From Lytechinus pictus (taxonomy: Eukaryota): 64,000 nucleotides of DNA. The DNA is taken from NCBI RefSeq assembly GCF_037042905.1, contig NC_087250.1:4776001-4840000 (forward strand). Direction: 5' to 3'. Below are positions 39,024-50,646 of the stretch, piece after piece. The notes beneath the pieces are model-generated. The model was given only the letters and a program-made list of their open reading frames with translations, was not told where the DNA came from and ran no database searches. The position numbers were made by a program, and so were the translations under genes. Numbering within the stretch: the first letter of the stretch is position 1; each line of letters begins with the position of its first letter.

Positions 39024-39932
39024 TTAAGCATTTTATTCATGGTAACTTGTACTGTTTTATTGATGAGAGCAGGCTTGAATGTAGTCTGCAGGCACAGACC
39101 CGTAGTTTTACTGCATAATACAGAGTCTGAAGTAGTGAGACTATATTTATAATGCACTAGCTGTCTTTGGAGTCTAGTCGTCACTCTAGATCTGTTATTC
39201 GTTGAAGTGTTAAATATGATTCTGTGCTTGCAGACTTGTTTGAAGCTGATCTGAACGTTTTATCCAGCGTATGCCTGGAATTGCCAACATAGGTATGATC
39301 CGATTTCCGTAGTGGCACCCCTAGCAGCAATCTTTTAGAATTATTTCTCCCATAGAAAATACGATCATGTTAATATTTTTTATTGTTAAATATTTGTCAT
39401 GTAATGTGTATGTTCTTTGTTATTTTGCATTTGACAGAGTTGCAGACACAATAAATTAAATAAAATAATTAGCTATGTTATCATATTATTATTTTCTTTT
39501 TTCAAATCAAGATTTCGATTCTGCTCTTGGCAACGCCAATAATATCAATAAGCCCTAGCTCCGCCCCAACTTCTCCCCCCCCCCCCCCCCCCCTCCGTTC
39601 CAAACATATACCGTCTCAAAATTTAATGCGCCATCGCCTCTTTTGCCATCCGCTGTAATATATCAATAAAACCTATCACGGGGTAAGCTATCACGCGAAG
39701 TGGAAAAAGGGATTTTACAGGAATAGCATCGGTATTTACAAATGGTTGTTATGTGTTTTGTTCATGGTTGGCCAACAGCTACCACCAGAGGGCGACATGA
39801 ATAAAAGATGAGACAGTCGTCGGTATATTAAATCAAAGCTGACCATGCTTTCTGACTCGTGAAAGAGTGACAGTCTTGCATGAACAACCCGAAGCTATAT
39901 CAGTGCATATATGGAGCATGAAAAGTCACCAA

Positions 39933-40382
39933 TAAGCCAGTTCGTAGTTCCTTTCTGCGCATAATCAAAAGATTCTACGCATGATCAGAGGAAGGTCATT
40001 TGTACTAAAGTGACATGGTGGTTTAAAATCTCATGAGATAAGCACCAACTTTGATATCTTGATTATTCATATATTCTTTTGAATTGTGGTTTTCATTTAC
40101 ATCCACAAAAAACAACAACGCGTCCACGAACGACTGGTTTTCACAGTTTGTCAAGTACATTGTGCAACATGCTATGATTTGCATTCAAAGTAGGAATGCA
40201 ACAAATACCTTCATAAAGTGTTAATTGGTGTGCTATTCTAGTCACCTGGTCTATTCAATTTCTTCATCCTGCTATGTAAGGCAAGCTTACGTAATATTTT
40301 GCTCTGAAATCTGCCTATCATAATGAAAGAAATGAAAGGTCATTTGACCAAAATTGTCCATAAGTAACTACGAACTGGTCTA
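39933..40382. mobile_element. MITE with CCAGTTCGTAGTT termini
   Basis: Inverted ends GCCAGTTCGTAGTT / AACTACGAACTGGTC. A second partial copy lies at ~42760-43264. Confidence 0.75.
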
Positions 40383-40418
40383 TAGAGAGAGAGAGAGAGA
40401 GGAAGAGAGAAATGGAGA

Positions 40419-40461
<43 letters not shown>

Positions 40462-40478
40462 AGTGTGAGTGTGAGAAG
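40383..40478. repeat. (GA)n microsatellite
   Basis: Direct observation. Confidence 0.95.
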
Positions 40479-41171
40479 AAAATAATTCTTTAAACATAAT
40501 TATTCACCTTTAATCTCGCTTTGTGAAGAATAATTTTTTAATCATGGTTATCAATGAACTATTGTATGTATGTAAAGTCACCACAGAAATCTAAAAAAAA
40601 TAACTCTTTAAACATAAAATCGCAGGTTGTGAACAATGATTTTGATGTTTTTTTTTATTATTATTCATAATATCATTCATATGTCATGTAGGTCTACGAG
40701 TTGAGATGTTAAGTAAGAGCAAATAGGATCATCCCGCTATAGTTTTTGAGAAAAGAGCGAGCGAAGAGTGCCAGCGGAAAATGAACCCTCTTTCAAGAAA
40801 ATGCCCTCTTCTCACACAAAAAGAGCACATCCTTTAAAATATTTGATAAAGTCCTAATTTGTGATAATGCCTTCATTTATTTATATGGATTACGTCAATA
40901 TCCATTTTGAAAGTTTAATTTTACCTTTCAATCTTCGCCCTTTTAACTCTAATGACTGTAGGCATAAATGTCATTTATTTTACCATTATTTTCACATGCT
41001 GATATTGTCTTATTGTTGTGAGAATTTCCGTTTTTAGTTTCATTCAAATTCAGGAAAAAGGACATTATTTTCATGATTGTTTCGACCGTTCTTTTTTTTT
41101 TCTTAGGCTTCTAGCTGATCGCGCACATCTACTTGCGTTAGCATCGTAGCATCCATGAAACCAACCATATC

Positions 41172-41375
41172 GGTGAAACGACACTGGCTCCTGCGACATT
41201 TTGCTCCGGTCTTAATATCTCGGAGGGCATAGGGTTGGAGATAGGATTGAAATAAGAGTTTATGGTTCAGAATAATGGAAAGATAACACTTACGGTTTAT
41301 GCCGTTTTGGAGGTGGGATTTTATTTTTAGATTTTCCATCGGAGCAATTGTCGCCGGAGCAAATGTCATGGAACC
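41172..41375. mobile_element. Small element with TIRs made of the GGAGCAATTGTCG unit
   Basis: GGTGAAACGACACTGGCTCCTGCGACATTTTGCTCCGG ... GGAGCAATTGTCGCCGGAGCAAATGTCATGGAACC. Confidence 0.7.
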
Positions 41376-41654
41376 TCTAAGTCACATCGCCTCTTTGTGA
41401 AACACCCTCGCACACCCCATCTGGTTCCTTGCCAGCAGTTGGTGTTGAATTGCATAAATATCAACAAATCAACAGTCTCAAAAGTATAATTCAAATAGTT
41501 TAAAATATTTATTGAATAAATACACGTGACAGTTTTCATCATATTACAAGGACACGATAAAAAAATATTTTACAACTAAAATTCTGTTATTAGCTCAAAT
41601 GATTATCCAGGTGGGCCAGCCATAGCAAAGTTGCTTGAGCCAAATGCATCTATC

Positions 41655-42046
41655 ACCATGTTTACACACGACTCGGCTCGAGTGTTGAATCCTCAAGCAG
41701 GGTCGAACGCTGCGAAGACGGCAACTGCGATTGCGTTTATACTGAAACAAATAAAGGCGAGTTCGACACGGCCCGCGGATCACGAACGGAACTAGAATAG
41801 AACTCACAAATATGCCGTGTTTGACCTCGGCCAAGCGGGTTCGACACAGCTTTCTGGTTTACACACGAAAAAATAAGCGAGTCTGACTCGGCTCGCGGGT
41901 TAAAACCTACGATTTTAGCGGATCAAAAAAGCCGTGTTCGATACGGCTCGCGGATCACACTGATCGCGTTTACACAGCATAAAGTTGCCGTGTTGAGCAC
42001 AGCTCGCGTGTCGAACCGCCGAGCCGAGTCATTGTGTAAACACGGT
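41655..42046. mobile_element. MITE (possibly PIF/Harbinger-like)
   Basis: TIRs ACCATGTTTACACACGACTCGGCTCG / CGAGCCGAGTCATTGTGTAAACACGGT. Internal TTTACACA and CGGCTCG repeats. Confidence 0.8.
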
Positions 42047-42110
42047 ATAAGTGAGAAGGCGGGCATGCACATAATTTAAATTTCTAGAATGTTATGCCTC
42101 ATGTAACTAA

Positions 42111-42576
42111 GGGCCTTTTCACACGTGAATCTTGAATCATCATTGTATTGATGATTGCAATTCGTCTTTAGAATCATCGGACCTTTCACACGCTCACTCG
42201 AAAACTTTGATTTTAATTCGAATTCCCGAGCGAAGGCGGTATGTGTCCTTGGTGACTTGTCAATCAAAGCACTGCATCGATACGGCGAGTGCATGACAAT
42301 ATTGTATTATCTACGGAAGTGCTTGAAAGGACACGTAAGCTCCTCCCCCAAAAGATATTTTGGAGTTTAAGCCTTTCACACGTAAAATTCGTACCGTAAT
42401 TTGAGCGAAACTTGACTGGAATTCACCTCCGGGGTAGAACTTGAATTCGTTATTGTGATTAGCGTTCGTATTTCTAGCTTGGTTTCACGCGTGCTAAAAA
42501 TTCGTCATTAGCCTTATTTTTAACTAGAATCATCATTCAATTTAAGATTTTTTTTTCTTATCGTGTGAAAAGGTGG
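42111..42576. mobile_element. MITE (possibly PIF/Harbinger-like)
   Basis: CCTTTTCACACG / CGTGTGAAAAGG inverted ends and internal TTTCACACG repeats. Flanked by TAA (GTAACTAA on both sides). Confidence 0.7.
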
Positions 42577-42656
42577 TAACTAAAATATAGGCTTAGTATC
42601 ATGACCGAAAAACTATTTAGCCATAGTCATCAAGGAGTTTTCCCTTAATCACAGCG

Positions 42657-43297
42657 CACGATGGATTCAAGAATATAAACAATTTATTGTCAAAATAGGC
42701 CTATAATGCATTCCCTTCATGTCCAAGCACAACCAAGTCTTTGTCGAAAATTCTATATTCTATATTCTTTTGAATTGTGTTTTTCACTACACCCCCCCCC
42801 CCCCCCAATTAAAAAAAAAACAGCATCAATGCGTCCTCTAGCGACTGGCATTTCATAGTTGGCTAAGTACATTGCTATAACAACATGCTAATACAATCAA
42901 ATTAGAAATGCAACATATACCTACATATAGTGTCATTGGTGTGCTATTGTAGTAACCGTAACACAAAGGTCAGCGATTAATCGTATGCTTGATTTTCACG
43001 TAACACAAAGGTTAGCGATTAATCGTATGCTTGATTTTCACGATTGATTGTACATTGTAGTCAATGCAATCAATAGTTAGAAAATGTTCTACGATCATTG
43101 CTAAGCTTTGTGCTACGGGTCCCTGGTCTATGAAATTTCTACATCCTGCTATGTAAGGCGTGCTTGTATAATATCTTGCTTTGAAATCTGCCTGTCATAA
43201 TGAATTAAAGAAATAAAAGGTAATTTGACCGAAATTGCCCATGAAGTAACTACGAACTGGTCTACACGACGCGTACTGATTTCTTGAATCCATCGTG
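42657..43297. mobile_element. Element with perfect 17-bp CAC-starting TIRs, carrying nested MITEs
   Basis: CACGATGGATTCAAGAA (42657-42673) / TTCTTGAATCCATCGTG (43281-43297). Confidence 0.55.
42956..43122. mobile_element. Small MITE nested in the second copy of the 39933 family
   Basis: CCGTAACACAAAG / CTTTGTGCTACGG ends and an internal ~41-bp tandem duplication. The empty site is visible at ~40230-40255. Confidence 0.7.
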
Positions 43298-43340
43298 TGC
43301 CGGGGAGCAAAACATCTGTATTGTTACAAGGCCTGGAAAT

Positions 43341-43503
43341 CAGGGGGGCGTTTCATCAATATTTTCGTCCGACAAGTTGTCAGATCTGACAACTTTCCTG
43401 GATTCTGATTGGTTGAGAAGCACTGTTACTATAGTTACTGTCGGATAAAACAGGACTTGTCGGATAAAACGTCCGACAAGTCCTTTCATGAAACGCTCCC
43501 CTG
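43341..43503. mobile_element. CWG-flanked MITE (PIF/Harbinger-like)
   Basis: CAGGGGGGCGTTTCAT ... ATGAAACGCTCCCCTG. An inverted partial copy lies at ~63530-63620. Confidence 0.82.
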
Positions 43504-43590
43504 AAATCTTTAATCTGAAGATATCACCTTGACGATCGACAAGCTAGAGCACATGACAAACATGGTATATATACAACAGTCTGAGACCTC

Positions 43591-43736
43591 GGTCACATTT
43601 GTTCTACGGCGGCCGTACGGCGAGTCGAAAACAACCGGGTTTTTTTGTTACCATCTACATACCGGTGGCTTGAATAAAAATGAATAAAACGGCTGTTTTC
43701 AACTCGCCGTACGGCCGCCGTAGAGCAAATGTGACC
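43591..43736. mobile_element. Palindromic MITE
   Basis: GGTCACATTTGTTCTACGGCGGCCGTACGGCGAGTCGAAAACA pairs with its near-perfect reverse complement. Confidence 0.85.
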
Positions 43737-44103
43737 AGGATATTAGGAACCGACTAATAATTGACGATGTGGAAACAAGAAAGAGCAATATAGATAATAA
43801 CAATAGAGATAACAATATAGACAGATCGTTCAGCATGTTAGAACTATCCTTGTTAATACACTTTTTAAAGCTGGTTCCATTGCAATTACGGATGCACAGA
43901 GGATGTTTAACGGAAATGAATCTTGCCATCCGTAAGGAAACGTTATGTTTCCGTTATCATGGTTATGTACTCTTACATACGCGTTTCATACGCTCTATAA
44001 ATCCATCGAGCAGCCGTCCACTGTGATTTCATTGTTCGCCCATTTTGCTTGTGCGCTGTATCCGTTATGAATACGTTTTGTGTCCGTCGGCCAGTGAGAC
44101 CAG

Positions 44104-44315
44104 GGGGGTGTTCCACAAAGATTTAAGTATGACTTAGAGTCGCACTTTAATGCCTAGTTGCGTGCGGTAAAAAAAGGCGAGACCGCATTGGTCAGATCAT
44201 GCAAAGAGGACTCGCACTACTGCTTATTGATAAATTAGATTGCGCGTTGCATTTGAGATACGCATCGGCTTTTAAGTGCGACTTAAGTCATACTTAAATC
44301 CTTGTGAAACACCCC
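44104..44315. mobile_element. Palindromic CWG-flanked MITE
   Basis: GGGGTGTTCCACAAAGATTTAAGTATGACTTA / TAAGTCATACTTAAATCCTTGTGAAACACCCC. Confidence 0.85.
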
Positions 44316-44797
44316 AGGCCTCTATTAGCTCCATAGTTGGCGTTGTACCTAGAGAATTTACAGGAGACCTAATATGAATTCAGAAGTCCGCTGTGTCATG
44401 GAAATTAAGGAGATTCATTTTTGTGACTTTTGGTTTATTGGTTGACTGTTGGATATTAGGGAGTTTTCGCAAGAACACAATTAATGCATTGAAAATACCG
44501 TCAAACAACTTAATATTGGTAAACCGGAATAGCAATGTCGTCCTTAGTTCCGGAGCTGACAACAAATTACAAAGATGTTGTTTGTCCAGAATTTAAGACG
44601 AAACTGTTGTTTTGATTCACGAATTTTCGACAACAGCCTCCCAGCTGTTCATTGTCGTTAAGACGGGCATTTTAAATAATTTAACTGTATATTGTAATCC
44701 ATCTTGCGTAGCGGGATCGAGCGAAAACTTCCCAATCAGTTTGGTGACTTTTGGTTGATTCGTTGACTGATGAATATTGGTATGAAGGTGTCCAGAA

Positions 44798-46108
44798 TTA
44801 TTCAGCCACTGACTGTACAGGAATGGCTGTCATCTGTGTATTGTTCTTATCTTCATAGGAGGCCGCTGAATTGTTTAAGTTTGGAGATTCCACGAACCCT
44901 TCGAAGAGCGCCCCAAACGACGACATCGAGCCAGTGAACAGCTCTTTGATGGCTACTCGGAACTGTGGGTATTGGATGGTGTAGATGAAAGGGTTTGCGC
45001 AGGAGTTGCAGAAGGCTAACAATGTCAGGATGCGATTAAGATCACCGTAAAGGTACGTGTAATCTATCACCCCGACGTTAAACAGGAAGTACCCTATGCT
45101 GTTGGGTCCCCAACAGACTATGAAGATGATTATCACTATCAGGAGAAGCTTTATCACACGGTTCTTGGCTTTAAGGAGGCGGTAAGAGGAGGTTGAGCGA
45201 GCCCCACTTTCGACGCCACCTTTCCCGAAGAATAGAGCTTGTCGATAGAGGGCGTGAGCGGTGATTGCTTGTGTGCCCAGCATGATGAGCGACGGGAACA
45301 GGAAATGGAGAAGAAAGGACGTAACTCCGGCAACCTCTGCAGCTAGCTCGGACGAGTAAGAGTAAATGCAGGATTGTGTGTTTGGGTCTACGGATATAGA
45401 AAGTGGGATGAAGCTATCTGCGACAATGGCTGCCAGCCAGATCAGCAATATGGCGAGGACAACGTGATGCTTTCGCAGAATGCGGTTGAACTTGATGGGA
45501 AACAAGACTGCAACGAAGCGCTCTATGGATATGGTTGTCAGGGTAAATATGGACACACTGACAGAGAGCCACATGAAGAAGGATGTATAGAGGATCCGGC
45601 AGTATAGCTCTCCAACCCAGGTGGAGGGTACGATGTTAGCTTCTGGGATGGGGATGATCAGCACGGAGGTCAGTAAATCAGCAAAGGCCAGAGCTCCGAT
45701 TAGAGTGTCCGTAGATCTACTGACAGACCTTCGTTTAAACAAGACGATTATCACCAGAAGGTTTCCGATGATTCCCAAGATTCCCAGGACTAACTGAAGG
45801 ACCATGTTCCATGTCCAAACCACTGGTGCCCAGGACAAACGGTCAGTACCCATAGTCGTGACCTCTATTTCCTCCGTGGAACCAATACTGGAACCTGAGG
45901 TATTGAAGGTCACAGTTTCAGAGACATCACCTGGTGTAGGATACAGTGTGGTCTGTGTATCTTCTAATGGACCGATGCTGCTAAATGATACATCTGTGGT
46001 AGTTGCATCAAGAGTCGAAGTCACATTCTCACCCACTGTTCCTCCAAGGAACATCGTCGAGAGGATGAGTAGTGCATACATTACGATTGCAGAGTGCGGC
46101 GCCATCAT
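44798..46108 (-). CDS. Class A (rhodopsin-like) GPCR, peptide-receptor-like (galanin/allatostatin-A/somatostatin receptor-like), single coding exon, 436 aa
   Basis: Seven hydrophobic segments with GN (TM1), LAFADL (TM2), C...ERF (TM3), W (TM4), an ECL2 Cys, FLFP (TM5), CWGP (TM6) and NSCANPFIY (TM7), plus helix 8 (PQFR). N-terminal hydrophobic leader and Ser/Thr-rich ectodomain with NVT and NTS sequons. Confidence 0.95.
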   Translation of the reverse strand: MMAPHSAIVMYALLILSTMFLGGTVGENVTSTLDATTTDVSFSSIGPLEDTQTTLYPTPGDVSETVTFNTSGSSIGSTEEIEVTTMGTDRLSWAPVVWTWNMVLQLVLGILGIIGNLLVIIVLFKRRSVSRSTDTLIGALAFADLLTSVLIIPIPEANIVPSTWVGELYCRILYTSFFMWLSVSVSIFTLTTISIERFVAVLFPIKFNRILRKHHVVLAILLIWLAAIVADSFIPLSISVDPNTQSCIYSYSSELAAEVAGVTSFLLHFLFPSLIMLGTQAITAHALYRQALFFGKGGVESGARSTSSYRLLKAKNRVIKLLLIVIIIFIVCWGPNSIGYFLFNVGVIDYTYLYGDLNRILTLLAFCNSCANPFIYTIQYPQFRVAIKELFTGSMSSFGALFEGFVESPNLNNSAASYEDKNNTQMTAIPVQSVAE

Positions 46109-46120
46109 ATCCAGGACAAT

Positions 46121-46143
46121 CTGGGGACAGAAAGGAAATAAGA
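46121..46143 (-). promoter_or_regulatory. Putative splice acceptor 12 nt upstream of the GPCR ATG
   Basis: The minus strand reads TCTTATTTCCTTTCTGTCCCCAG|ATTGTCCTGGATATG. Confidence 0.65.
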
Positions 46144-46296
46144 GTTGGAATGTTAGACTGTAAACGTCCGGAAGGTATTAATACGTTTGATACTTAGGGG
46201 CATATTTTTTTTAACAAACAAGTGCTCACCAAGTTACCAATAATGCATATAGCATTTCCATTTATTTGAAAGCAGGATTAAAGAGCATTGTACAAT

Positions 46297-46910
46297 AAGA
46301 CAAGTCCGCCCCAACAAAAAGTTGATTTGCATAAAAAGAGAAAAATCCAAAAACAATAACACTGAAAATTTCATTGAAATCGGATGTAAATTTAGAAAGT
46401 TATGACATTTTAAAGTTTCCCTTAATTTCACAAAACAGTTCTATTCACATCCTGGTCGGTATGCTAATGAGGAGACTGATGACGTCATTCACTCACTATT
46501 TCTGTTGTATTTTATTATATGAAATATGATATATTGTAATTTTCTCCTCATTGTCAAGTGAAACAAGGATTAATTCCTCCCTAAACATTGCTAAACATGT
46601 GTACTTAGCATTGTTTAATACTATATGGTTCAGTCAAGTTGGTCCTTATTGTCAAATCTGTAAAAAATTGAAAATTGTATAATCCAAACAATATAAAACA
46701 AAATAAATAGTGAGTGATGGACATCATCGAGGGGCTCATTTGCATGTCACTGAGTTGTGCATATCACTGTTTTGTGAAAAATAAGCGAAACTTTAAAGTT
46801 CCATAACTTTTTTATTTTACATCCGATTTTGATGAAGTTTTCAGCGTTATGCTAGTTTTGATTTTTCTCTATTTATTCAAATCAACATTTTTCTGGGGTG
46901 GACTTGACCT
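46297..46910. mobile_element. Kolobok-like MITE (GGACAAGTCCACCCC family)
   Basis: Same termini and internal palindrome as the 58067, 58980 and 61816 copies. TSDs are degraded. Confidence 0.88.
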
Positions 46911-46913
46911 TTA

Positions 46914-47010
46914 CATGCCTTGCGCACGTGCATAGGTGCCGCGGCCGGGGATCGAACCCCGGACTTTCTATGTATGGCCAAGCGCCTTAGACCACTCGGC
47001 AACGGCATGC
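46914..47010 (-). mobile_element. tRNA-derived SINE head (truncated)
   Basis: Minus strand TTGCCGAGTGGTCTAAGGCG...GGGTTCGATCCCCGGCC (A and B boxes), cut by the adjacent MITE. Confidence 0.7.
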
Positions 47011-47360
47011 CACGGCATGGCAGTATGTTCCGATTACCATCTACGCCTTCAAGGCACATCAAATCTTGAATCTTTCACGATCATCGTTGTAGAACGTTGT
47101 AAAACAATCATCTCGTTTAAACGGTAAATCTAGCACGATTGAAATAGACTATAATAACAATTGCTCATTAGGAACTGGCACTCACACACAAAAAATGCCA
47201 TATATATGACTATCTGTATAGTGATAAATTATGTTAAAGTTACACCAAGAAAACCATCTCCAAACCGACCGATGGTATGTCATCGGAAAATATCGTAATA
47301 GCTTTGGGTCGGTCCAACGTCATGAAGGTGGGTTTCCCTGATTTGACTGCAGCACAAAGA

Positions 47361-47660
47361 TAATAATAATAATAATAATAATAATAGGCATTCATATAGC
47401 GCCATCTATCTAGAAATATTATATTCCGAGGCGTGTTATTATCATTATTATTACCCCGGCTTTAGCTCGAGCTGCCTTTCAGCGCTCATGCATTCAAGGA
47501 ATCAATCCTGCCGGGTACCCATTCACCTCACCTGGGTTGAGTGCAGCACAATGTGGATAAATTTCTTGCTGAAGGAAATTACGCCATGGCTGGGATTCGA
47601 ACCCACGACCCTCTGTTTCAAAGTCAGAAGACTTATCCACTGGGCCACACCGCATCCAAG
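47361..47660 (-). mobile_element. Near full-length tRNA-derived SINE
   Basis: Minus strand A box TGGCCCAGTGG, B box GGTTCGAATCC, body, GGCGCTATATGAATGC and a (TAT)n tail. Confidence 0.9.
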
Positions 47661-48250
47661 ATGCGAGTATCTCAAAGACATTGCGCCACGTTGGATACCA
47701 GAAGCTTGACAAACTCCCCAAATGTATGGCACTATAAGCCATTAGAGTAATGGATACATTTTGGCATTATGCAGTCCAAGCACAACTTAAAATAAAACAA
47801 CAGTATGAGCATGATGAGGGCTATATATTTATGTATACGTGTAATTATATGTTTTTTTTTCTAACTAAAGGTTTCATTGTGGACAGACGGGTTGGTAGTG
47901 ATCAGGAATTTGTAACAAGATCGCGTACTAGTACATTTATATATTTTGTTAGTTTAGCCAAATTTTCATGTCGTAAATATTGATTTACTTGGAAACGAAG
48001 GCCAACTGTGATGTTTATACCCGTTTTACAGATTATAATCCAGTAATCCATCGTATGGACATCGTGGAATAGGGTCAACCGTACTCGAGTGCGCTCCAGT
48101 TACTCAATCACCGACAGACGTATGAACAAATGCCCTTGAACACGTTGAAGTTATTTAATTAGGGGAAAAACGTCGGATATCCTTGTAAAGTGCAGGGGTG
48201 CCCCATGTAATGTAGGCGGGGGCGGGGCGACCCCCCCCCCCATTTCAAGC

Positions 48251-48525
48251 AATAATAATATATGATTTATAGAGCGCACGTAATCCCCCTTGTTAGGTGC
48301 TCAAGGCGCCCTACCCCGGCTGAGCTAGTCCACCTATTCCGGTGCCAACACCTTTTTTTTTGGATTTGCGTCCTGCCGGTACCCATTTACCTCACCTGGG
48401 TTGAGTGCAGCACAATGTGGATAAAAGTTTATTGCTGAAGGAAATGACGCCATGGCTGGGATTCGAACCCACGCCCGTCAGATCGAAAGACGAGAGTCTT
48501 AACCATCTGATAACGATGAGCCACT
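48251..48525 (-). mobile_element. Related SINE copy with a different 3' part
   Basis: Shares TCCTGCCGGTACCCATT..CCTCACCTGGGTTGAGTGCAGCACAATGTGGATAAA and the B box with 47361-47660. Confidence 0.85.
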
Positions 48526-48537
48526 ATCATGACTATT

Positions 48538-48771
48538 GGGGTGTTGCAAGAAACTTGCGATCAATCGCAAGTCTATTTTTGGTCCCTAAATCTTTGGTCT
48601 AAAAATCATATGTCTTGCAGTTTATTGAAAATTAGTGATTGATTGCTAATCAGCTCTTAGAAACAAGAAGTTTAATACGATTTGCTACAGCTAACGTTGA
48701 TCTATCAGTTGTAAAATTGCTACAGAATATTTGCAATTAATTGATCGCAAATATTCTCTTGCAACACCCCC
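48538..48771. mobile_element. MITE
   Basis: GGGGTGTTGCAAGA / TCTTGCAACACCCC TIRs. Confidence 0.8.
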
Positions 48772-49689
48772 TATGGCTCATTAAAAAATAATGAATTTAA
48801 TTGAATAGACGTAACCCGTTTCCCATGTCTTGGCGCATTATGCGGCAGCGGGTGGGCGGGGAGCTACACTGCTGATGAGTTCCTACGACAGTTTCTTCAA
48901 TAGAAATGATAAACAGTGAAAAGAAAGAGGGGACTTGTTGACAAAAGAAATGAGATGTTTTTAATGGGGATAGCTGCGTCATAGTCGTACGTAATTGGTT
49001 TACTTGAATAAGAAACACGCTACTTTTTTGTATCTTCTATCCCTGTGCATCCCCTATTAAAACGCCCCCAGTGCTGTCTCGGTCGCCCCCTGAATGAAAC
49101 ATCAAGAGTAATTCAGTGCTATACTTCCGAAAATAATAATTTGCGCGGCAATCTTTTGCGATAATTATTATAATAGTGGTTGCTCTCGGGAAATCCGGTT
49201 TCCGTTAACATTCTATGTGGAACCAGGAAAAGAACTTTACATGAGCTGCTGAACCGGGGGCTGTAGGCTGTGCCCCGTTCAATAAACGTGTTTAACCATA
49301 CGGATGAGCAGCTGATTATTGGCATTTTTCTGATAATAAAGATACATATAATTATGTTGCATATTATACTATTTTATGACAAACAATTGTGTATAATCTA
49401 TTTTCTTAATGGTATTTTGTGAAAATGGAAGAAAATAAATGTATATTTGAATTTGAATGAATGAAAAGTAGTAGTAGTAGTAGTAGCAGTATGTGCCTTA
49501 TTTTTATTATTATCATTATCATCATTATTATCATTATCATTATTTCTATTAATGTTTTTATCATAAATCATCAAGAATCCCAATATTTACAGGAGATTGG
49601 CAGGATAACAAAAAGTCTAAACATAATAGAATACAAAAATAAAAAAAGCAGAATATAATTAAAACATACTAGTTAAGAATTATTATCAT

Positions 49690-49828
49690 TTAATTATTGT
49701 TGCTGTTATTATTATTATTGTTATTATCATTATTATTATTATTATCAGTAGTAGTAGTAGTAGTAGTAATAATAGTAGAAGTAGTAGTAGTAGTAGTAGA
49801 ATTAGTAATAGTAGTTGTAGTAGTAGTA

Positions 49829-49891
<63 letters not shown>

Positions 49892-49941
49892 ATAGTAGTA
49901 GTATTATTATTAGTAGTAGTATTACGATTATTATTATTATT
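49690..49941. repeat. (TAT)n/(TAG)n microsatellite
   Basis: Direct observation. A smaller tract lies at 49467-49545. Confidence 0.95.
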
Positions 49942-50646
49942 GTAACAGCAGGTATAAATGACGCATGACTCAGTCATATACAAGTTTGTGTGGCATTTAA
50001 TTTGAGGGTAGATCAACCCCCTCTTGAGTTCTCAAGGAGGACAAAACTACATGCAGATTGAAAGTCACATACATAGCGTTGTCGACGAATCCAAGGTTCA
50101 ACCACCCAATATATACAGCTTTTTTGACAGTGTGAAGATCAATCAAACCACCTTCAAATAGATCAAAAAATGTAACTCAAATCTTGACCTCCCCAAAGCA
50201 AGAGGGTGGTCAGTCTCTTTCCCTCTCATTTGGTCATGTGTCAAGCAAGCTATCAAGAAAGCTGTCCCAAGATCACCCTCACTGACCCAAGGTCAAGGAG
50301 AACTTCCCTGAAGGGATCTCCTCAGAAGTATTTCTGATTGAAAGGGATGACTTCCATACAATGCTTTCAGGGACAATACATATGCTTCAATGCATTCAGG
50401 GACCTTCTCAACAGATCAGTTTTACATACACATAGAAAATATCTCTCTTTTGTACATATATTTTCTGACCTGTTACATTTTCCACTGCTAAATGGATGCT
50501 GTCCCAGCAACATAAATAAACACCTAATAATTACAAAGTATGAATTATTTCTATAAATTCCAATATCCATTACTATAGTTACCAGAATACATTGAATAAA
50601 TTTGAAATGTTTGATTAAAAAAGGTCAATTACTTCGCTCAAAACAG

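Noticed and set aside
45374..46163. Plus-strand ORFs overlapping the GPCR
   Set aside because: Antisense shadows of the real CDS.
49461..50016. Poly-T/N/V/I ORFs, and the H/S/I/P ORFs at 56775-57195
   Set aside because: Microsatellite translations.
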